63,228 bases of DNA from Octopus bimaculoides. Its lineage: Eukaryota. The stretch is from assembly GCF_001194135.2 (NCBI RefSeq), contig NC_068986.1, positions 93,023,318 through 93,086,545 of the forward strand, written 5' to 3'. A program made the translations under genes and the position numbers. Below are positions 52,911 through 63,228 of this stretch, one piece after another. The first letter of the stretch is position 1; each line of letters opens with the position of its first letter. Under the pieces are notes generated by a model. It saw only the letters and a program-made list of their open reading frames with translations. It did no database searches and was not told the DNA's origin.

Positions 52911-53539
52911 ATATATATATATATATATATAAATAAAAGTTGAGCATCAGTTTTTGTATACCAAATCCATTTACAGCCCAGAGTTGTAGTACAAGACCCT
53001 TGGACTGAATCTAAAACCACATGGCTGGGAAGCAAGCTTCCTAACCACACAGTTGTGCCTATGCCTGTAGCCATAACTGCATGGCAAATTGTAAGTCTTT
53101 ATTTCAGTGGCAATTACTTTAATGAACCTATCTTGCAAAAGTTATTGTCTAGATAATTAACCTTGGAGTTGTAGGTAAAAGAAAAACAACAAAGCAAAGC
53201 AAAACAATGACCTTGATCTCTGACCTCTGTCAGAGTAACTGTCTAATACTGAATGAACAGGTTTCCACATTCTCCTAAAGACTAGTTAAGTTCATTTCCT
53301 CGGCTTGCCTTTAGATTCTTGTTTATCTTCTATTGTCTACATGTTTTACTGCACTCTTTAACTGCCAATTAGTCAATGCTTTCTTTTTGTGTAAAAATAA
53401 ATAAATAAACAAACTATGTAAATAATTAAATAAAATAAATTGAGTCTGGAATTTATCCAAATCTAGATTAACACATCACAGGTTGAACCTAACCAGACCT
53501 TCAACAGTTTAAAACAGTTAACCATTTTCAATAATAATT

Positions 53540-55015
53540 GTTTCTAATGCAAGCACAAGGCTGGAAATTCGTATGAGGAAGTGGGTGAGTTGATTAAATT
53601 GCTACATGCCTGAATGGTAGTTGATTTTATTGACCCTCAGATGGATGAAAGACAAAACTGACTTTGGCAGCATTTGAACTCAGAATATAAAATTCCTGAG
53701 TGGCTGTGTGGTAAGTAGTTTGCTTACCAACCACATGGTTCTGGGTTCAGTCCCACTGCATGGCATCTTGGGCAAGTATCTTCTACTATAGCCTCGAGCC
53801 GACCAAAGCCTTGTGAGTGGATTTGGTAGACGGAAACTGAAAGAAGCCCGTCGTATATATGTATATATATATATATGTATGTGTGTATATGTTTGTGTGT
53901 CTGTGTTTGTCCCCCCAACTTCGCTTGACAACTGAGGCTGGTGTGTTTACGTCCCCGTAACTTAGCGGTTTGCCAAAAAGAGACCGATAGAATAAGTACT
54001 AGGCTTACAAAGAATAAGTCCTGGGTTTGATTTGCTTGACTAAAAGGTGGTGCCCCAGCATGGCCGCAGTCAAATGACTGAAACAAGTAAAAGAGTAAAT
54101 AGCACATAACATTTTGTTCCATGCTCTAACGGCTCTACCAATCCCCTGTTTTCAACAGCAACAATAATAATAATTCTTTCTACCAGAAGCACAAGGCCTG
54201 AAATTTTGGGGGAAGTGGTACTTATTTCATAGACCCCCACCAGGCAAAATTCCGCGGAATATTTCATCCAGCATGCTAACTACTCTGTCAGCTGACTGTT
54301 TTTGCAATAATAACAATAATGGCTTCAAACTTTTGGTTCAAGGCTAGCAATTTTTGGGGAAGATGTAGGTCAATTACATTGACCCCAGTGCTCAACTAGT
54401 ACTTCTTTTATTGACCTTGAAAAGATAAAAACCAAAGTTGTCCCTAGCAGCATTTAAACTCAGAAGGTAAAGTCGGAAGAAATTCTGCTAAAGATTTTTT
54501 TCTGGCATTATAATGATTCTGCCAGTTCACTGGCTTAACAATAATAATAACAGCAATAATAATAATAATAATAATGTAAGGCAGTGAGCTGGCAGAAGCG
54601 TTAGCACACCGGGCGAAATGCTAAGCGGAATTTCGTTTGTCTTTACGTACTGAGTTTAAGTTCTGCCAAAGTCGACTTTGCCTTTCATCCTTTCGGGGTC
54701 AATAAATTAAGTACCAGTTGCGTACTGAGGTCATTCTAATCGACTGGCTCCCTCCTCAAAAAGTGGAACTGCATGCATATTGCGTAAAGTACTGTCTGTC
54801 TGAGGTCCTTGTGACTTGACAAACTGTCCAAGACCCCAGTAGACACACTGTCTTCAATCAACAACCTCACGATATTGTATACTGTGTGATGTCTATAATA
54901 ATAATAATAGTAATAATAATAATAATAACAATCCTTTCAACTATATGCACAAGGCCTGAAATTTTCTTTTTAAGTGTTCAACTGGTACTTATTTCATCAA
55001 CCTTGAAAAGATAAA
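53540..55015. mobile_element. Cluster of SINE family B copies in both orientations
   Basis: Minus copies at ~53540-53690, 54170-54300, 54310-54540 and 54930-55015; plus copy at 54577-54760. Confidence 0.8.
53698..54099 (+). mobile_element. SINE family A, full length
   Basis: Family A sequence. Confidence 0.9.
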
Positions 55016-56257
55016 AAGTTTTTGAGTGGTCACATATTAGCTCTCCTTTTGGCTTGCAGGTTTCACATAATAGAGTATTTAAACTAAAACACTATGATCT
55101 TACAGGGTACTTTTTATGTAAATAGGTCAAATGGGTGATCTTTATATGGACAGGAAACAAATCAATGTGCTTTGACCTCGTATTGAAGTGCCCACTTGCC
55201 CAGCAATTTTAGAACAGGCAATAGTCTGTTTTTATGTTTAGAAGACAATTTAACTGCTTCCCCTCTTTGTCTGCCCATTGACTTCAACCTGAAGCATTGA
55301 TCTTGAAAGGGGCAGGAGTCATATATATATATAGACTACATAAATGCATACATATATATCCGTGTTTGTGTGTGTGTATTGCATCATTGTCTCCATATCT
55401 GCTCACTTGGGTACCCCTTATAGCCAATCCTTACCCTACTAACTTGATCCTTGGTAAAGATTTTGGAGTGTAAGTTCAAATCTTTTGAGTGCTACTAAAT
55501 GTTTTCTATATAGAGATTATCTTGATCATATCTTTTAACTCTGTAAATGCATATATGTATATGTGTGTGTGTATGCATATGTGTGTGTTTGCATGTATCT
55601 ATGTGTATACATGTATATGAACATATATATATGCTTGTGTGCATGTGTCCATATATGTATATCTGTATTCATATATGTCTATACATAAACACAAGTGTGC
55701 ATGTATGTGTGTGTGTGCATGTATGTGTGTGTGTGCATGTACATAAATAAACAATGGTGCATAGCAGCCGAGCAGTCAGGTATGGGTTGGCCTGATAATA
55801 GGATTCAATCAGACCATTTTAACTGTATCCAAGTTGGTCAGTTCTTTAATTATGGTCACTAACTGTTTGCATAAGTCATTGACCAATCCGAGATTGAATC
55901 TGGCAGTTGTAGGTTTGTCAAGAGGGTGGGAGAGAGAGTAAATGAGAGAAAGGGAGAGACTGAATGAAAGAGAGAAAGAGAGAGGCTGAATGGTAGACTG
56001 TGATATACTTAAAACCAGCCACTACTTGTTTCTTCTGAAGTCTACTTGAAAGGTAGTACAGTATGTATACGCTCGCCTACCCTCATCAGGTACATATACA
56101 TGCACGTACCTTTGCACACATAGATGCATCTATGCTTGCATTCATTGCACAAACACAAAGTACCTCCTGCTTGTACTGATATAGCCACACACACATTTAA
56201 ATATATACAAATAGGTAAAAATCTGAGTGAACCAACATTCATGCACTCACATGCTTA

Positions 56258-56315
<58 letters not shown>

Positions 56316-56477
56316 CACTCACTCACTCACACTCCTATTCTCTCTCATATATCAAGCATTCTCACATATATACATACTCATAAACATCATATGAACTACA
56401 ATGAAGTTATTGAGTTTCTCTTGTCGTAATCTATGTCTATCAGCTTATGACCAATAAAAGAAATTATCATTACTTTC

Positions 56478-56504
<27 letters not shown>

Positions 56505-56510
<6 letters not shown>

Positions 56511-56993
56511 GGCAGTGAGCTGGCAGAATTGTTAGCATGCTGGGCAAAATGCTTAGCAGCATTTTGTCTGTCGCTACATTCTGAGTTCAAACTCTCTCAC
56601 AGTTGACTTTGCCTTTCATCTTATCGGGGATCGATAAAATAAGTACCAGTTGAACAGTGGGGCCAACGTAGTTGACTCATCCCCTCTTCCAAAATTGCTG
56701 CCCTTGTGGTAAAATTTGAAACCATTATCATTATTATTATTATCATAATTATTATTATTATTATTAAGGTGAGGGCAGTGAGCAAGCAGAATTGTTAGTA
56801 TGTTGGACAAAATGTTTAGTGGTATCTCATTCATCTTTATGCTCTGAGTTCAAATTCTGCCAAGGTTGACTTTACTTTTCATCCATTTGGGGTTGATAAA
56901 TAAGAACCACATTAGCACTGGGGTTGATGTGACCAACTTACCCTCTCCTTTGGAATTGCTGGCATTATGCCAAAATTTGAAACTATTATTATT

Positions 56994-56995
<2 letters not shown>
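56505..56995 (+). mobile_element. Head-to-tail pair of SINE family B copies (other single copies near 6250, 21770, 25375, 31570, 39080, 45660, 48800)
   Basis: Each copy begins right after an (ATT)n run and ends in (ATT)n. Confidence 0.85.
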
Positions 56996-57031
<36 letters not shown>

Positions 57032-59199
57032 NNNNNNNNNNNNNNNNNNNNNNNNNNNNNNNNNNNNNNNNNNNNNNNNNNNNNNNNNNNNNNNNNNNNN
57101 NNNNNNNNNNNNNNNNNNNNNNNNNNNNNNNNNNNNNNNNNNNNNNNNNNNNNNNNNNNNNNNNNNNNNNNNNNNNNNNNNNNNNNNNNNNNNNNNNNNN
57201 NNNNNNNNNNNNNNNNNNNNNNNNNNNNNNNNNNNNNNNNNNNNNNNNNNNNNNNNNNNNNNNNNNNNNNNNNNNNNNNNNNNNNNNNNNNNNNNNNNNN
57301 NNNNNNNNNNNNNNNNNNNNNNNNNNNNNNNNNNNNNNNNNNNNNNNNNNNNNNNNNNNNNNNNNNNNNNNNNNNNNNNNNNNNNNNNNNNNNNNNNNNN
57401 NNNNNNNNNNNNNNNNNNNNNNNNNNNNNNNNNNNNNNNNNNNNNNNNNNNNNNNNNNNNNNNNNNNNNNNNNNNNNNNNNNNNNNNNNNNNNNNNNNNN
57501 NNNNNNNNNNNNNNNNNNNNNNNNNNNNNNNNNNNNNNNNNNNNNNNNNNNNNNNNNNNNNNNNNNNNNNNNNNNNNNNNNNNNNNNNNNNNNNNNNNNN
57601 NNNNNNNNNNNNNNNNNNNNNNNNNNNNNNNNNNNNNNNNNNNNNNNNNNNNNNNNNNNNNNNNNNNNNNNNNNNNNNNNNNNNNNNNNNNNNNNNNNNN
57701 NNNNNNNNNNNNNNNNNNNNNNNNNNNNNNNNNNNNNNNNNNNNNNNNNNNNNNNNNNNNNNNNNNNNNNNNNNNNNNNNNNNNNNNNNNNNNNNNNNNN
57801 NNNNNNNNNNNNNNNNNNNNNNNNNNNNNNNNNNNNNNNNNNNNNNNNNNNNNNNNNNNNNNNNNNNNNNNNNNNNNNNNNNNNNATACATACACACATG
57901 TATAGATGTATTCATGCTGATATAAAAAAAATACTCATATATAAATACATACACACACACACACACATACACACACACACACATATATATAAATCTCCCA
58001 CCCATGCCAGCATGGAAGGTGGACAGTAAAAGGTGAACGATAAAATCAGTGAAAGGTTGGCTGTAAATTGATTTGTTGAATAAAAAGTTTTGTTTTGTCT
58101 GGACTTACATCACTTTACATGGGGAGGAATTTAGCCAGCTGGTCATTTTACCAATCTCTCTTTCTGAAATGGCTAGATCCTTGTGTTGATATAACTGAAA
58201 CATGTGAAGGTAGTGCTTTGGCATAGCTGCACTTGAACGAGTGAAAGTAATAATATAAGAAAAGAATGACAAAATCTCACTGTCTCCAAGAAATCTTCAT
58301 TGATGTTGTTGGTAGTTTTTGCCCACGTCTTACCATTAATTCCAGTATTTCCATTGTACCGCACTCATTCATGTAGAAGCAAACATATATATAGTCCCGT
58401 GTGCATACACACACTGACATAGCCATACACTCATCTACATGCTCACATGCATGTACACATGCACATATAATCATACTCATTCAACCATAAATGTACACAC
58501 ACACACACACACACACACTCACACACATGTACACACGTGGTCATCCTCTTTTAAATACACATGCTCACACCCACACACATGCACATACTCATTTAAACAC
58601 ACACAAATGCGCACATGCTTTTACAAGCCACATGTACACGTTCATACACATAATTAACCTATAATTATACTGATTCTTATGACTATAATTAATCGTCAAT
58701 CATGATTAATTAGACCCTCTGTTTTATGATTGCTGTTTATCATAAATACAATTGCTGTAGCAAATACCAGTGAAATGTTGATTTGTACCTGTGTGTGCAT
58801 GCATGTGGTTATGTGTATGTGTGTGTGTGTGTTTTTATGTGCATGTGTGAGTCTAATATCATTATAAATTACTATTGTTGTTGTTGTTGTTGTTGCAGGT
58901 GCAGGGGATTAGCATAATTAGTAGAGGTATAGACAAAATGTATTGTGATATTTAGTTACATCTGTCTGTCCGTCTGTCTATCCATCTGTCTGTCTGTATA
59001 TCTGTTTGTCTGTTTATCCATCTGTGAGTGTGTATATGTATGCTTGTGTGTGTGCGTGTGTGTGTGCACATTCACGCACAGATGTGTATGTGTGTACTAT
59101 GTGACTCTCTACAAATGCATATTGAGCACTATGGGATTTTGTTTGAAAAAATAGTGTCTGACTGCTATGTCTGCAACATGCACATATACTTTGTGTGTA

Positions 59200-59242
<43 letters not shown>

Positions 59243-59653
59243 CATCATCATCATTATCGTTTAATGTCCGCTTTCCATGCTAGCATGGGTTGGACAATTT
59301 GACTAAGGACTGGTGATATATATTCACCCTCCACAAAAAATTCCAAATTTTATTTAATTTGCTTTGTGGGAAGAACTGTTCCAACGAAGTCGTGTATTGT
59401 TCTTGCCTTCGAAATGCAGAGTAGATGGACAGGGACAACTGACGAAGGGATATACTCTTTATGTTGCATGTCTCGTTTCTCTGTTTGTTTGTTTTTCATT
59501 GTTTGAAATAAGTTCGTTTTCTGTTTTTGTTTCCATTTTTCGTTTCTCATTGTGTTTAACGTTTTTTTGATGTCCTGTACCCATATATGCATGTATATAT
59601 ACATATAGATGTATGTACATATATGTATGGATATATGCATATATCTATATCTA

Positions 59654-59715
<62 letters not shown>

Positions 59716-59731
59716 GAATAGCTTACCTTTT

Positions 59732-59862
59732 AGTGGTAAGTGTACTTTTGGGCTATGCACTTTCTCCTAAAAACAGGTGGTACATGTAGTTGGGGCTAGG
59801 TACTTGTTTCTGGAAACAGGTGGTAAGTGTAGTTGGGCTATGTACCTGGCTCTGGAAACAGC
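59732..59862. repeat. Three-copy ~43-bp tandem repeat
   Basis: gtggta(agt/cat)gta(c/g)tt..gggcta..(g/c)ac...(tctgg/cctaa)aaacag repeated three times. Confidence 0.8.
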
Positions 59863-61355
59863 TTAGGCTCAGTAGAGAAAGTTAAGTTACTGTCTTAGCA
59901 ATCAATAAAAAAGGTTAATGACTGAAGATATGATTATGGTTTGAGCTTAATCTATTTTCATTAATGATTGGATGACTCAAATTCTACAAAACATAGTACA
60001 TGTATTACAATTCTCCACTAACTTGTATTACAAAAATACCAAAGCAAAAATTATGAAACTACAGACCTTTAAGAAATAGAACATACTTCACACAACTTAA
60101 AATAATGTACAAATTTCAATGTAAGCATAGCAGTTGTAAGAGCAATGATGATATACCTACATACATACATAAAAGCACCCACTACACTCTTGGAATGGTT
60201 GGTGTTAGGAAGGGCATTCAGCCGTAGAAACCATGACAAATTAAACTAGAGTCAGCTTACCAGCCCTGGTCAAACCATCCAACCCATGCTAGCATGAATA
60301 ATGGACTTTGAAAGATGATGATACATAGATACTTCAATACATAAATAGATAAATAAATAAATAAATAAGGTGAGTATATAGGGATAAATTATCCAGGCTG
60401 GTACCATAAAAGTTCTGATATATTCCTGAGTATGGCTAACCACATCAACTAATTATGCTGTATGACTAATTGTAAAATTTAAAAAAAAATTTCGAGATGT
60501 ACTGGTCTCCTTATTCTTTGATATGTATAAAATGTTGTACTGGTATACCTAAATTAGTGATCAAAACCTTAGTTTGAATATACGTGTGTATGCATGCATG
60601 CGTACAATTTTTGTTAGGTATGCAATGCTAACTTGCATGAAAGCCTTAGTACAAGTGGACTAAAGAGATGGCTGGTCTATAAGTATGCAGGGGTTGGGTG
60701 TGCAATGTTGTTACTACAGACATGTGATGAATTGTCAGAGGCTGATAGTGAAAGCTGTGTGTCAGTGACGGTATGGTTAGATCTTAAGAGCCTTTGATTC
60801 ACAAACAAGATCAAAATGGTACAAGATCAGATGAGTGGTAATACTTTGTTCTTCAGATCTGCCCAAGTCATGCCAGCACGGAATGATATGCATTGAAAGA
60901 ATGATGATAAGAAGACACCCAAGCACACATATATACTTGTGTGTGTGTATATGTATGTATATATGTGTGCTTGGTTGTGTGTGTGTGTATATGTGTGTAT
61001 GTATATATGTGTGCTTGGTTGTGTGTGTGTATGCTCGGGTCTGACTGCTTGATTCCACCTTCTCTAAAGATAGTTACAAATGATGATGGCAACCAAATTA
61101 ACCCTTTCCTCCTTATCGTTGCGGTAGTTTATATAATCCATGCTTATACTGAGAGTTATCCAGGGTAGCTGCATAAGAGTACAAACAGCTCAACATCAAA
61201 CTGGTTAAAACATCTTCCAATTGTTTGTTCAATATATAAATAGTGATACTATTAATATATATTAATAGTGATAAGTATATATTAATAGCGATACATACAA
61301 ATCTAAATCATTATACTTGCATACATACACGTCTCTATGTATGTATGTATATATG

Positions 61356-61390
<35 letters not shown>

Positions 61391-61564
61391 TATAATACAG
61401 GTTATCTAAGAGATACCGCCACGCTGAAAAATAGCAGTCAAAACCTGACTCTAAACCACAATAAATGTCCACATAGCACAAGGAGCGAAGACGAAGACAA
61501 AATAAACCAGTAAAAATAACAAGATAATTCCAGATCCCGGATTTCTGGCTTTGCATAAATAATG

Positions 61565-61611
<47 letters not shown>

Positions 61612-62736
61612 TTTAAATTTGTCTATGGAAACTTCCATTATGCCGGTGACAGTCTAATGATGCTGACTGGTGCACCAGTATTTTGGGGTTGCAGCGAACC
61701 ATACCGATATAATGTAGGATAAATATAATAATAAGAAGAAGAATAACCCTAGGATGAAATTTATAAACATTTACTGTATCGCTATTTGCATTTTCACAAA
61801 ACACACACACACACACACTGCATACATAGCTGAGCAGTTAGTATTTCATAAGCATATAAAATGTGTTTAATCAATCAAGTTTTTGCCATTATTTCATTTT
61901 TAGCCATATGTGACTTGGAAGAGAAGTTCTAGCTGGTGCATTGTAAGCTTGGATTCCATTAATCAAGCAAGCCAAATGATGGAGATTATTGCAGGCTGAT
62001 GCAAAAATGCAGTGTTTAGTGCTACTATGCTGTAAGGGAGGCAATCCAGATAAAATTAAGTGTGGTTAGCTAAGAGATTTTAATACTTCATTATTCCCTT
62101 TGATCTAGTCATTAAATGCTGTTAATTTCTGCATTGATTGGTTGAAAATGTCCCTTGAGAAATACTCATCTGTGGTGGCAATAGGAATTCACTTCAGAGA
62201 TACAAGCTGCTTCAGTCTATGCTGCTTCTCAAATGTACTTTCCTCATATTCTAAAGTGTTATGTAACTGCAGCTTTTGCTTGTCTGAGAAGCTACATATA
62301 TTAAAACAGCTGTGTTATTTCTCTGCAAAAAAATCCGATATTATTTCCAATAATGGATGAGCATTTCTCTTGGGATATTTTTCAACCGATCAACTGAAAA
62401 AATAATGCCAGCTAAAAATTACCACAAAAAGAAATTATGAGAACTAAACTTGCTTAATAAAAGTTAACTATGGTCAGATTATTTCCCATGCATTCCCTTA
62501 CATTGTGGCAACCTCAGTGCCTCACAAGTACAGCTTGCAACAAGTTCCATCTCATGGGAACCAAGCTTACTCATAACCAATAAAACAAGCTTCTTTAAGT
62601 TGCATTTGGCAAACACCTGAATAATTACACACGTGATTTCATACGTCTGAGACTTCAGTCTTAAATACACATAAATACAAATTCTATGTAATGTATTTTA
62701 TTCTCTTTTTCCTTTATTGACCCACTTAAACATGTG

Positions 62737-62778
<42 letters not shown>

Positions 62779-63190
62779 GCATATACACAAATAAATACAT
62801 ACAAATGCATGTGTGCTTTTTCACATTTACACATACCTCTCAATGTATATTTATAAATACATACGCTTATATATCATATATATGTATATGCACATGTATG
62901 TATTTATGTGTGTGTGTGTAAAGCAAATACAGTTGTATGTATATGTGTGCCTCTTCACATCTATATATGCTTCTCTGTATATACTTACATATGTATATAC
63001 ATATACTTATATGTATATATATGTATCATCATATATGTATATGTATGTATATGTATTATCATCATGTATATATATATCTATATCTATATGTATCATATAT
63101 ATGTGTGTATATCATTATGTATACACACACACACAAATATATATATATGTCCACTGTGTGGCGTTATTATTTTTCTGTAATAATGCCCTT

Positions 63191-63228
<38 letters not shown>

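Noticed and set aside
59360-59600. CTGACGA-AGGGA and nearby cgaaa, suggesting another hammerhead
   Set aside because: GAAA does not follow a closable stem II in any topology I could build. Probably a decayed dispersed repeat end.

Overview
Eukaryotic, AT-rich, microsatellite-saturated sequence with eight N-gaps, which looks intronic or intergenic. The dispersed repeats resemble those I recognise from Octopus (coleoid cephalopod) genomes; the taxon is an inference. I can support no complete protein-coding gene. Almost every ORF in the supplied track is a translated microsatellite or runs through Ns, and only weak candidate exons were found. The window holds dozens of tRNA-derived SINE copies from several families, RTE and CR1/Jockey-type LINE remnants, a decayed Tc1/mariner transposase, two TTAA-flanked piggyBac-like MITEs, a Helentron-associated (HINE/DINE-like) element and several minisatellites. 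The most interesting signal is a recurring Penelope-like (PLE) or retrozyme architecture with hammerhead ribozyme (HHR) motifs. It appears as a near-intact minimal type-I HHR at 27480-27528 (-), a nested palindrome of four decayed HHR modules at about 18520-19400 whose consensus rebuilds a canonical core, and a ~580-bp palindrome at 4906-5487 whose arms encode a GIY-YIG-like C-terminus followed by an HHR-like remnant. In both palindromic loci the ribozyme motifs point outward from a central spacer.
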